NCBI RefSeq assembly: GCF_004010195.1
Contig: NC_057759.1
Location: 7,365,593-7,429,592 of the forward strand
Source of the DNA: Chiloscyllium plagiosum
Taxonomy: Eukaryota
Length of the DNA: 64,000 bases
Direction: 5' to 3'
Made by a program: the position numbers and the translations under genes. Each line of letters opens with the position of its first letter. The first letter of the stretch is position 1. Positions 12,857-24,847 of the stretch are shown here, piece after piece. The notes beneath the pieces are model-generated. The model was not told where the DNA came from. It saw only the letters and a program-made list of their open reading frames with translations, and searched no databases.

Positions 12857-13112
12857 GGAGAAAGTGAGGTCTGCAGATGCTGGAGATCAAAGTTGAAACT
12901 TTATTGCTGGAACAGCACAGCAGGTCAGGCAGCATCCAGGGAACAGGAGATTCGACGTTTCGGGCACAGGCCCTTCTTCAGGAAGGGCCTTCCTGAAGAA
13001 GGGCCTTCCTGAAGAAGGGCCTTCCTAAAGAAGGGCCTGTGCCCGAAACGTCGAATCTCCTGTTCCCTGGATGCTGCCTGACCTGCTGTGCTGTTCCAGC
13101 AATAAAGTTTCA
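12857..13112. mobile_element. Penelope-like element end, long inverted repeat with tandem 17-mer core, 16-bp TSD
   Basis: Inverted arms about 90 nt long; core of cttcctgaagaagggc repeats; actttgggtgtgggaa at 12841-12856 and 13113-13128. Confidence 0.8.
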
Positions 13113-13940
13113 ACTTTGGGTGTGGGAAATCATGTCTCACTTGATTGAGTTTTTTGATGAGGACAGAGCGGTAGATGTGACCTATGTGGACTTCAGTAAG
13201 GCGTTTGACAATGTTCCCCATGGAAGACTGATTTGCAAAGTAAGTTTTCATGAAATGCAGGGAAAACGTACCATTTGGAGACAGAATTGGCTCAAACGTA
13301 GAAGATAGATGGTGGTGGAGGGTTTTTTTTTCAGACTGGAGACCTGTGACCAGTGGAGTGCCAACAGGATCAGTGCTGGATCCTCTATTTTTTGTCACTT
13401 ACATAAATAATTTGTAAGCGAATGTAAGATGTACAGTTAGTGAGTTTGCAGATGACATCAAAATTGGAGGTGTAGTGGACAGCGAAGAGGGTTACCTCAG
13501 ATTACAACAGTATCTTGACCAGATGGGCCAATGGGCTGAGAAGTGGTAGATGGAGTTTAATTCAGATAAATGCGAGGTGCTGTATTTTGTGAAAGAAAAT
13601 CATAGCAGGCCTTATACACGTAATGGTAAGGTCCTACGAAGTGTTGCTGAACAAAGACATCTTGGAGTGCAGGTTCATAGTTCCTTGAAAGTGGAGTAGC
13701 AGGTAGATAGAATAGTGAAGAAGGCGTTTGGTATGCTTTCTTTTATTGGTCAGAGCATTGAGTACAGGAGTTGGGAAGTCATTTTGTGGCTGTACAGGTC
13801 ATTGGTTAGGCCACTGTTGGAATGTTGCGTGCAATTCGGGTCTCTGTCCTCTTGGAAAGATGTTGTGGAACTTGAAAGAGTTCAGAAACAAATTTACCGG
13901 GATGTTGCCAGGGTTGGAGAATTTGAGCAATGGGGAGAGG

Positions 13941-14063
13941 GGAAGGGCCTGTGCCCGAAACGTCGAATCTCCTGTTCCCTGGATGCTGCCTGACCTGCTG
14001 TGCTGTTCCAGCAATGAAGTTTCAACTTTGATCTCCAGCATCTGCAGACCTCACTTTCTCCCC
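13941..14063 (+). mobile_element. Penelope-like element end, single arm
   Basis: gaagggcctgtgcccgaaacgtcgaatctcc ... cctcactttctcc, same family as 12857 and 17410. Probable ggagagg TSD. Confidence 0.75.
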
Positions 14064-17000
14064 GGAGAGGCTGAACATGCTGGGGTTATTTTCCCTGAAG
14101 TGTCGGAGGCTGAGGGGTGACCTTATAGAGATTTACAAAATTATGAGGGGCACGGATTGCGTAAATATGCAAAGTCTTTTCCCTGGAGTCGGGGAGTCCA
14201 GAACTAGAGGGCATCGGTTTAGGGTGAGAGGGGAAAGATATAAAAGAGACCTAAGAGGCAACTTTCTTTCACACAGAGGGTGGTACGGGTATGGAATGAG
14301 CTGTCAGAAGCAGTGGTGGAGGCTGCAACATTTGCAACATTTGAGAAGCATTTGGATTGGTATATGAAAATGAAGGGTTTGGAGAGATTTGGGCCGGCTG
14401 CTGGCAGGTGGGCCTAGATTGGGTTGGGATATCTGCTCGGCATGGACGGGTAGGACCGAAGGATCTGTTTCCATACTGTACATCTCTATGACTCTGTGAC
14501 TCTGTAACCCATAACATCCACCGGCACTATCCACAACCCTGCCTAACTGTGTGTCATCAGCAAGTTTATGAAACCATTCTTCTACGCCACATACTTTACA
14601 CAAATGACAAATAAAAGATAGCCAAAAACAGATCCTTACAGCACACCACTGATAACTGATCTTCAGGATGAACATTTTCAATCAACCCGCTGATTTCTTT
14701 CAGCTAACGAATTTCTGATCCAAACCGCTAAATCACCTTCAATCTCGAAACGCTGCATTTTGTGCAATAGCCTACCGTGTGAAAGCACACAAACGCCTGG
14801 CTGAAGTTAATATGCACACATCGGCCGCTTTGCCTTCATTCACCTGTTCTGTCACCTTCTGTAAGAACTCAGTAAGGTTATTAAGGCATGACCAACCCTT
14901 CTCAAAACCGTGTTGACTATCCATAATCAAATTACTCCTTTCCAGATGATACAAATATTATCTCTTATAACATTTTCTAACACATTACCCAGAACTGAAG
15001 TAATTCTCTCTGACCTATACATATCAGGTTTAAGCCGAGTCCCCTTCTTAAAGAAGGGTACAGCATTTGCTGTCGTCCAGACATCTGACACTCCTCCTGC
15101 CGACAATGAACCATTAAGATCAAAGCTAAAGTCTCTGCCATCTCCTCCCTGGCTTCCCAGAGAATCCGAGCATAAATCCCATCCAGTCCAGGGGGCTTAT
15201 CTATTTTCAAAATTCTCAAAATTGCTGAAATCTCCTCTTTGTCAAACACAATATCATCTAATCTAGAACCTTACCTATCCGTATTGTTACTAACATTGCC
15301 CTTTTCCAATGTGATTACTGATAAAAAGTCTTCACTAAGCTCTTCCCCTATGTCCTTCGTTTCCACGCAAAACTTCCCACTACTATCTTTGATTGGCCTA
15401 ATATTCCTCTAGTCGTTCTTTAATTCCGGATATTCCTATCAAACGCTTGGAACATTCCTTGATCTTATCCAGCAGCAACTTCTCATATCCACTCCTGGCT
15501 CTTCTTAGCCCTCTCTGTGTATCATTTCTGGCTAACGTATAACTCTTAAGCCACCTATTTGAGGCTACACACTTTATCCTCACGTAAGCCATCTTCTACC
15601 TCCTGAGAAGAGCTTCAACTTCTTTAGTAAGCCATGGTTGATAGGTATTTACTTATCAAGGACCCGCTATAGCAACTTCTTAACAAGCTCCACAGTTCAC
15701 GTGTGTCCATTCCCTGCAGTTTCCTTCCCCATTCTATGCTTGTTAAATCTTGCCTAATCGCATCACAATTGTCTTTCTCCCAATTATCCCTCTTTCCCTG
15801 CTGTACATACCCATCCCTGTCCATTGCTAATGTAAACATAACCGAATTGTGCTCACAATCGCCAAAGTGCTCACCGACGTCCAAATCTAACACCAGGCCG
15901 CGTTCATTCCCCAGTACCAAATCCAAAATGGCATCGCCCTTTGTTGGCCTGTCTACATACTGTGTCAGAAGACCCTCCAGCACAGATTGAGTAGAAACTT
16001 ACACATCTAAAATACTTGAACTGTATTATTCCCAGTATATATTGGGGACGTTTATGTCCCCATACCAACTACCCTGTTACTCTCGTTCCTATCGAGAATC
16101 ATCTTTGCTATCCTTTTTTCTCCACCTTTGGAACAATTCAGAAGCTTATAGAAAACTCCCAATAGTGTGACTTCCCCTTCCCTGTTGCTAACCTGAGCCC
16201 AAACTATCTCAGTACTCGAACATTATCTCAGCTGCTGTAATACTAACCTTGATTAACAATGCCAACCCCTCCACACCAGCCTCAACCCCTTTTATCATCT
16301 TCGCTGTTCTTACTGAAACATCTACTTAGCGGAATCTGCAACAACCATTCTAGGCCCTCCTCTAGCTACGTCTCTGAAGTAGCCACAACATCGAAATCCC
16401 AGTCACCAAACCAGGCTGCAAGTTCACTCATCATATTCTGAATTTTTCTGGAATTTACATACACACATTTCAATTCAAAAACCTAATTGCAGGTGCCCTA
16501 TCGCGACCTCTAATCCTATCCCTGACTTCTTTACCCTCAACCTCCTGTACATTGGAATTACAATTCATATTGCCATCTGCCTGCTGCATTATTTTAAAAC
16601 ACCTCCCCCGAAGACCATTAACAATTCTGCCCCCAGCCCAATGATATTGGTACCTCTCTGGATTATTTGAAGACCATCCTGTTTTAGAAGAGCCACCTTC
16701 CCCAGAAAGTGCACAAATTATCGCCGAATCCAAAAACCTCTCTTCTATACTATTCCTGCAGCCACATGTTCAGCTCCGCTCTTTCCCTGTTGCTCGCTTC
16801 ACCCGCAGGTGGGACGACCAACAAAACAGAGATAAAACCTCTGTTGTTCTAGCTCGAAGTTTGCACACGAGCTCCCCGAATTTCTGCCTGAGATACCATC
16901 TATCTTCCTACCTTCTTTGTGGGTGCCAATATGGACCACGATTTGGGCCTGCTCCCCCTTCTCCGAAAGGGTCACAAAATCACGATCAGGGATATTACGA

Positions 17001-17409
17001 ACCCTGACACGTGGGAGGAAACACACCGACTGTGAGTCTCTATCGTTCCCACAAAACCTCCTACCTGTCCCCCGACAATGAAATCGCCAATGACAAAAAC
17101 TCTGTTCCTCTTCCCCTTCCCCTCTGAGCAACAGAGACAGACTCTGCGCCAAGAGACCTGCACCCTATTGTTTTTCCCTGGTAAGTAACCCAACACCCAA
17201 CAGTATCCAACACGGTATTGATGCTGTTAAGGGGAACCACCACATGACTTCCCTGCACTTGCAGACACTCTACCTTCTTCACGCGACTGTGGAGGAACTA
17301 CCTTCATGTAACTCCTCTCAGTAACCGCCTTCTCCTCCTCAGTTATCCAAAGAAAATCCAAATGAAACTCCAGTTCCCTCAATGAGCTGGAGTTGGTTGG
17401 GCATCACAC

Positions 17410-17562
17410 TTCTCCTGCTGAACACTCTCTGCTCATTCCTGAAGAAGGGCCTGTGCCCGAAACGTCGAATCTCCTGTTCCCTGGATGCTGCCTGACCTGC
17501 TGTGCTGTTCCAGCAATAAAGTTTCAACTTTGATCTCCAGCATCTGCAGACCTCACTTTCTC
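17410..17562 (+). mobile_element. Penelope-like element end, 8-bp TSD
   Basis: Same family sequence; catcacac at 17402-17409 and 17563-17570; empty paralogous site at ~33395. Confidence 0.78.
17435..17470 (+). ncRNA. Minimal type-I hammerhead ribozyme motif
   Basis: attc-CTGAAGA-a-gggc(ctgt)gccc-GAAA-cg-TC-gaat. Stem I attc/gaat, stem II gggc/gccc, conserved core, vestigial palindromic stem III. Confidence 0.7.
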
Positions 17563-18099
17563 CATCACACAAATGAAGTCAGCAGGGACAATAGAGATGA
17601 CCCTTACCTCCAACATTCTGCAGGAGGAACATTCAACTGCCATAACCTCCAATCATACTATTCTAAATACCCAAACAGATCACTGAAATAAATGAAACAC
17701 GAAGAAAAAGCACTTGCTACCTTCCCAACAGACGCACAGACCTTTTATTTTCATTAGAGGAGAAGGATAGATGGGAGACATTAAACAAATAGTCTTTTGG
17801 CAAAAGCAACAGCCCAAATATGTAACCTCGTGAACTCTCTGACAGACGTCAGGATCTCAAGAACAGGGGACCTAAAGTGAATTAACTTAGATTGTATACA
17901 CACTTATCCCGACAGGATCCACTGCTTCCTGGTGACCTTGCAGCATCTCCGACACACTCCAGGAACTATATTATAAGAAAGATGGTATCACGAAGTCTGT
18001 TCTTGAACTATCTCTATCAAAAGGAACAAGGCTTTTTTCAAACAGATAAGACAAAGCATCGACAAATCAGCAGCAAGTGACACACGGTTTAGAAGAAGC

Positions 18100-20700
18100 G
18101 GTTAAAGAGTAGACTGGTGGCACAGTGTGAAACATTCTTTAACTCTCTGGGTGGAATGAGTGTTCCAGAGAAACTGGAGAACCTCAAAGTGGGACATGTC
18201 TTCATGAAGGTCGTGGGACAGAAAACAAGAGACTACAGGCCATTCAGCCTGACAATTATGATTGGAAATATGCATCATTCTGCTATTCAGGAAGGAATTG
18301 CATATCATTCTAAAAAGCTTAACGCAATCAGATGCAACACGCTTTTGTGAAATGGGAATTTTAATTTGCACAGAAATATCATGCAAATTCTTGCAACATA
18401 TTTGATGAGAACAAAACCAGCAGATTTGGTGAAAGGAAAATGGATAGACCGCGAATTGGGTTTTCAGAATCTTTCAATATGGTTCTTAACATAACAAAAG
18501 AAAGGTTCTTACACAAGACAGAGGCTCATAATCTGACAGAAAATGTAACGGATGGATTTAGGATTTTTTAACACAGGAAAGATGGAGAGTCGGGATTAAT
18601 GGGTCTTTATGTGATTGAAAAGATACTTCTGCCAGAGTACTACAAATATCAGTCCTGTAGCAGCAGTTATTTACAATCTATACTTATGGCTTGAAGGCAG
18701 GGGATGAGTGCATTATATCCGAGTTTGTGGATGTCACAAACATATGTGGAAGTCCATATGGCAGTAAGGATGTAAGGAATCTGAAAGGGGAGGTAGATAA
18801 TGTCACTGAGAGGGCAAATAATTGGCAAGTGGAGAGTATGGTGTTAAAAAATGCATGAGATCCTCCACTTTACCCGTGAGGTCCCAAACGGCAGGCTGTT
18901 ACCGAATGGAGAATACTCGGAAAAAGAAGTGCAGTATAAAGGGATTTGGCTTTTATGTGTATGAAACATAAAGTTAGCGTGGAGGTGCAGCAAGTAATTC
19001 GGGGGAGTCATTAGGTTTTTTTTTGGTAAGAAAGTGCTTTTTTATCAAGAACAAATTACTTGTGGGGCTTCCCAAAGTAAGTGTTGAGAATGTAGTTCAA
19101 CTCCTGTGCAGAATCTCAAACTCGGGGCATAGACAGAGAATCAGCAAACTTAATTTAAAATTGACATGCAGAGAAATGTATTTTCTTCAGAACTTAGTGA
19201 GTGTCTGGAATTGCATAACCCAGAGAGTTGTGGCGGCTGGGTTATGGAAAGTCTTTACAGATAGAATGGATGGGTTTTTGACATATTGGCTTGTTGAGGG
19301 ATGCCCGGCGTCGGCAGGAAAGTGGAGTTGAGCCTTGATGTAGGTCAGCAATATGCTTATTTAATGACAGGTAGACTTGAGGAACCCAATAGACTACCCC
19401 TGTTCCTATTTCATACGTTATCACGCTCAGTTATTGGAAAGCAACTAGTTACTTTCCTGCAAGTCACGTTGTGCAACAATGCATTGACGGAGAGCAGAGG
19501 ATTAGAGTGAGCGAACCTTGTGTGGGGTATGGTGGCTGTATTCACAGTAAACCTGGGATTGCAAAATGGCTCACATTGGGAGCAGAGAGGAGAAGCCTGG
19601 AAAGAGGGATTGTGGTGTTGGGGGTGGCACGATTTTTCTTAGCCAGCAGAGATTTCTAACTGCATTTTCCGACCCTACACCTAAGGTTAGGAGTGGCCTC
19701 GGTCTGCTCCAGTGTAGCAGGGTGGAAGGGTAGAATGGAAAATCAGAACATAGGGCTAAGGGTCCCAAGTGAGCCATTCGGCCTATTGATACTGCTGAAC
19801 GAGTAAATAACTTCATGGCTAATCCCATTATGCTCTCAGCTGCACTTTTCTGTAAAGCCCCCATCATCCCTTATTGACCTGTCTACCAAATGTCGAACTA
19901 AGTTCGCCTTGATATAATATAAAGATTGAGCCATCACAAACTTCTGGGAAAGAGAATTCCCACTTGAATGAATTCCCAACTTGTGAATTTCTCCTCATTC
20001 CGTTTTCCCGTCCCATTTATCCTCTGGTCACAATAGATTTTAACTGTAACCGGATTGGTGATATGGTCAATGATAAAGTTTCAGACTGGCTCAGGTTCAG
20101 TGATAGGAACAAGTCAGGCAGATTTCTTTAGTCAACAACAAATAGTAGGCTAATTCCTGATGTGAGCTGCCGCTACAAATGTACAAAGCCTAATGACGAC
20201 AAATTTGGATGATAAAAACATCCAACGAGTCTCCAACTGATCCATTCTCCTCAAATTACTGTATGACATTATAAGATCACCTGTCATTTCAAGGGTTAAA
20301 CCCCATAATATAAGCCCTTCAATCCGGGAGTAAATGAAGTGAAACATCTCTGAACAGTTTCTAAAGTAACTATATCCTTTCTCAGTTCAGAACACCAAAC
20401 ACACTTCACACACAGTTCTAGGGATGTGTTCTCAGTCAGACTGGTGCAGCTGCAGAAACGCGCCCTTTCCACAGGGTTGTTTAAAAATACACCCAGCTGG
20501 CGCATTTTACATCTTTTTTTTCTTTTATATATTATCTTCAATTTATTACTGTGACGAGAACATTTATTTTCTTTTCTCAGAGTGCTGTGAGACTTGTTGG
20601 AAATTCTCTTCTCAGACAGCATTGGAGGCAGAGATACGGAACATTTCTGAGACACAGAGAGAAAGTCTCATGGATACAATGGAGTCAAGGATTATGAGGG
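18100..20700. mobile_element. Highly decayed CR1 fragments (+ strand ~18100-19400, - strand ~19750-20700)
   Basis: Remnant peptides DYRPFSLT, FLQNLVSVWN, LETVQRCFT. Confidence 0.65.
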
Positions 20701-21422
20701 AGTGGGCAAGAACGTGCAGAGTGGGTGAAAAATGCAGACAATGCTACTAAATGAAACTGCATTTTACCAGAGCAGCCAGAAATATAATGCAAGATGAAAT
20801 GATAACTTTAAAATGCTGGAAGTGATGGAATTATGTTGCTCTCGTCCCAGAGAACCGTCAGGCAGACCAATTATGGTGGTTGAACCTGATTGGCACCACT
20901 CCTCCAGTGTGGAGGTGAGGTTGAGAAACCTGGCCCTTCATAGTAACCTCTGTCAGTGTGGGAAATTGAACCTGCGCTATTGACCTTCCTCTGCATTAGA
21001 AACCAATCATCCAGCCAACAGAGTGGGAGACTATGCAACTGTTATGGACAGAAATAGTCAAAGACAAATGGCAATATAAACTTGGATAAGAAGGAAGAAG
21101 CTACGAGTCAGACAATATTCATGATAAAGGCTCACTGAGATATTACAATACTTTCAATATTGTATTGCTGGAGACAATTCATATTCTGCACACTGATGAG
21201 TGCTATGATTCTAAGACATCGCATTGTTGTCCAAACGACGCAGGTTATACACTGTTGCCTGTCCAAAAATCAGTGATCATACACCTTAGATATTATGTTA
21301 CCATATGCAGAACTGATGAGTTTCTAAATGTCCTCCAGGGAAGGAAACCAGCTGCATGGGATTACAAACTCACTGCAATGTGCTTGTCTTTTTAATGTCC
21401 CACTGAATGCTTGGAGGTTCGT

Positions 21423-21727
21423 GGGCGGTACGGTGCTACAGTGGTTAGCACTGCTTCCTCACAGCGCCAGAGACCCGCGTTCAATTCCCGACTCAGGCGA
21501 TTGACTGTGTGGAGTTTGCACATTCTCCCCGTGTCTGCGTGGGTTTCCTCCGGGTGCTCCGGATTCCTCCCACAGTCCAAAGATGTGCAGGTCAGGTAAA
21601 TTGGCCATGCTAAATTGCCCGTAGTGTTGGGTAAATGTCGGGGAATGGGTGGGTTGCGCTTTGGCGGGTCGGTGAGGACTTGTTGGGCGGAAGGGCCTGT
21701 TTCCACACTGTAAGCAAGTAATCTAAT
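21423..21727 (+). mobile_element. tRNA-derived SINE (HE1/V-SINE type)
   Basis: A-box/B-box head (cagtggttagcactgc ... gttcaattcc), V-domain tgtgtggagtttgcacattctccccgtgtctgcgtgggtttcctccggg, CR1-like 3' tail. Absent at paralogous ~6150. Confidence 0.92.
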
Positions 21728-22107
21728 GCTAGAGATGCACCGTACACTTTGATCGCCACGTCGACTGGATGAACAAGAAGAGCATTTAAGTTATAATTTA
21801 AGATTATCAGTTCCGGAACGATGGTCGGATACTAGCCCTCCTTATTTGATTATACTTAGCTGAGTAACTGCAGAGAATTCCCACTGATTTTCACCAGGTT
21901 AGTCATGATTCATTTCTGTCCCTCCACTAACAAATCTCCTTAATCTGAGTACATGATTCACTGATGAGCGAAATGGTCCTTTCTCATACACATCACGGAA
22001 TCGTTCCTTGCTTTTGCAATTATTAACAGCAATGTAGTTTGTGTTATCCTATAAGGAGTTCCCATTCTCCAGGTAGCTCACAGTGCCGAAAGAAGAAATC
22101 AGCGGCC

Positions 22108-22923
22108 ATGAGAACTGCCCTGTTCTTACTTCTGGGATTCTTGGTGACAGTGCAGCTGGGCACTGCTGATGAAGGAGTGCAACCACTTCTTCTCTTTCAA
22201 CGTGAGTCCATGTCTCCCCAAACATCCTTTAGAAGCATTCAGAAGGTCAGTTGAATCTGATTAGTTCCCTGAAAACTACATTCACATCTGTCGTGTTTAG
22301 ATTTACAAATGTCTAAAAAGAATCAATTGATACCTCCAAAAACCGGCCATGGAATGGACGCATCTCTGGCAAAGCTAACATTTTTTGTACCTTCCTAATG
22401 GCCCCAGAGGACATTCAGAAGTGAAACACGTTTCTGTGACTCTGCAGTCACATATAAAGAAGAAACGATAAGAACATCAGTTTACTTTCCCTGAAGGATA
22501 TGAGTTGAGTATTTATTTCCTATTTTCATTTCACAATTTAAACGTCATTCAAACTTCATTACTTTCCATTGAGAGATTCGAAGACAGGTCCTTAGAACAT
22601 GAGCTTGTTAATTCTGGATTCGATTCTGGTGACAGTCCTGCAAGTCCACCCTCCAGTCTCACGGCATTTGGTGAAGCAGTGCAGTTATTTCCCATGAGTG
22701 CAGAATTCATTTTAGGTCAGAAGCATTTGTAATGTTGTATTTTAGATTAGAATTATTTCACCATTTCATCAATTACCTCCTCATCTTTGCTTTCCAGATT
22801 GGCGCAACCGCTGCGAACAGTCTGGAGAGGTATGCAAGGTTGGAGAATGCCCAGAGGGTCAAAGTCGAGGTGGAAGGGAACTGCTTATTGCTTCTCAAGT
22901 GCTGCAAAGATGTCTTAAATTGA
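22108..22923 (+). pseudogene. Beta-defensin-like copy 2, join(22108..22201,22798..22923), +1 frameshift near 22860 (pseudogene or base-call error)
   Basis: Exon 1 is MRTALFLLLGFLVTVQLGTADEGVQPLLLFQ with donor GTGAGT at 22202; acceptor tttccAG ends at 22797. Exon 2 is 126 nt versus 125 in copy 1. Removing one base gives HWRNRCEQSGEVCKVGECPEG(K/Q)VEVEGNCLLLLKCCKDVLN*. Confidence 0.85.
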
Positions 22924-24751
22924 ATCGTGAAAGGGTAAATGTGCGGGCTACCAAGGTGTGTCTGAGACTGTGGCTGAAGCTAGCTGCTGTCTCTGTAATT
23001 TATTGTCTCTTGACTGTGTACGTCCCCAAAAAACCTTTTCCATTTCTACTAAATCGTAAATAAAGCCCTCACTGTATTGCTCACATGTCGTGCCACGAGT
23101 CTTCTTACAGACTGTGCGCAGTATGAATGATATTGTCGCTACTTTGGGGAGTGGAGGTGGAAGAAAGTCCAACAAAAGCAGATACGCAGTCGCCTCTGTT
23201 GGCTGCAAACTAGCCTCCTTCAGAATCTTACATTTTGAGTCCATAGCGAATGACAAACTAATATTGTCTCAAGTATGAGCAGGTGTATAATAAGCAACTC
23301 CTTCCATTTCCATGGTCACTTTCAACCAAAAGGTGAACGGCAACAGATACACAGGAATTCCACCACCCTGCTAGTTTCTCTCTGATCCACTCACCGTCCT
23401 GATTTCGAAATGTATAAGCTGTTACTTATGTTTCATCAAAATCCGAGAATTTGCTCCCAATCGTTTCGTTGTGGGCCCCTTCACAGCACCCGGCCAGCAA
23501 ATGGTTCAAGTAGAAGTTCACTCGCATCCCCAAACATTCTCAAACGGACAACTGTGACGAGCGACAAATAACTGAACGGCCAGCGTCACTCAAGACGCAT
23601 CAGTGAAAAGAAATCATGGGTTAGTGAATTCAGTGAAGTTGTGCTTTTCGGGGAATTAATCTCTGGGATGTCCTTCCCTACCACACCCCGCTTTCATCTG
23701 ACTGCAACTCTGTCTTGTTGCCTACTACTGAGTCGTTTTCCATCCTTCTGTTCTCTTTGACTCTCAAGACTCGACTGTGAAACTGTTCAATTGTTACAAA
23801 TGTTCATAAATGAATGCAAAAACTAGATTCCTCACGCATGTCGAGCACTGTAAATCCTCGAGCTGACGCTTACTGAAAGAAAGCAATAAGGAGTGAAACG
23901 AAGAGAGAAGGAAATAAAAAAAGAAAGAAGAGAGAGAGAGAGAGAAATAAATAAAGGAAAAACGAGGGAAAATAAACAACCACCCAACCAAAGGAAGAAA
24001 GAAAGAAATGTTCCTACTGAGTTCTGTCAACAGCTCTCACATTGTGGTGGAGAAATGTGCTGGTATCAGAACCAGCATCTGCACACGTCACTGTATTGTA
24101 CAGTATAAATGGATGAATACCACCGCAATACCAAAATTACCCTCACATCCCCGAATAAAACGTGAACAAACATGGAAGAAGTCTACCGACTTCCCCCTAA
24201 CTTTAGATCAGTTTGTCAATGCTATTAAAGAACAGTCTACTAACGTAGCACACCTACAGTGCGGAAACAAGTCATTCGGCCGAGCGAGGTCTCTCCATAG
24301 CTTCAAAGAGCAGCCTTGTGGACACAGTGATGACGTGAAAACTCCACACAGATATGCACCAAGAATGGAACTGAACGCAGCAGAACCCAACCCCATGCCA
24401 TCCCTGGAGGACAGCCGGACCAATGTGACTGCGGTTGTTTCATGCTCCAGGTGGACTGGGTTATCGGTGTGAACCACTTGAGATGGTTGCCTGAATTGAT
24501 GTCGCATTAAAAAAGCAAACATTGAATGTTTGTGCGGTGATGTAGGGAGTACAGCGGAGCATGGGATTCCATCTTTCTGGACGCAGGACGGACTGAGAGA
24601 TAGGAAACTCTTAGATTTTGAGTCATCATGTTGTAAATCACTCACTTAAAGGTTTTGGCATTGCATGGAGAGGTGGTCACAGAGTGACACACACACACAC
24701 AAACAGTCACAGACACGTATGTACACACAAGGAAAACACACGCATACTCAC

Positions 24752-24847
24752 CTTCTTCTCAATCTACATTGAAATAGGGATATGAGAAAGGGTATGGGCA
24801 CTGTTTGAATAGCAAGGCCAGCTTTGATAATTTGGCTTTCACTCTGC
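24752..24847 (-). other. Candidate 96-nt internal exon (antisense to the defensin), product unknown
   Basis: Minus-strand polypyrimidine tract with ttcttCAG acceptor and AAG|GTGAGT donor. Both sites are conserved in unit A (11040 and 9113), and one frame is open in both copies. Confidence 0.4.

Larger units (their letters stand above)
12621..14500 (+). mobile_element. CR1 LINE 3' half nested in opposite orientation inside the older CR1
   Basis: VPLFKKSGKDKLGNY, VDFSKAFDNVPHGRL, LYRSLVRPLLE motifs and a (TATGACTC)-like tail at ~14487. Absent at paralogous ~30250. Confidence 0.92.
11790..17960 (-). mobile_element. Old, near full-length CR1 LINE (ORF1 esterase + ORF2) with nested insertions
   Basis: 3' tail near 11790; RT and endonuclease fragments (DAILDLVLGNE, DKPPGLDGIYARILWE); ORF1 SGNH-esterase-like blocks (VIGDFIVGG, IVVHIGTH). 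Paralogous to 29120-33900. Confidence 0.88.
5950..19375 (+). repeat. Segmental tandem duplication, unit A (paralogous to 21215-34730)
   Basis: Colinear matches in unique sequence and old LINEs: acgcaggttatacactg (~5976/~21238), the defensin gene, 8350-9140 vs 24010-24780, 11130-12620 vs 28510-29900, 14500-19375 vs 30250-34730. Confidence 0.93.

Noticed and set aside
21423..21500. tRNA gene
   Set aside because: It is the tRNA-derived head of a SINE, followed by the V-domain and LINE-like tail.
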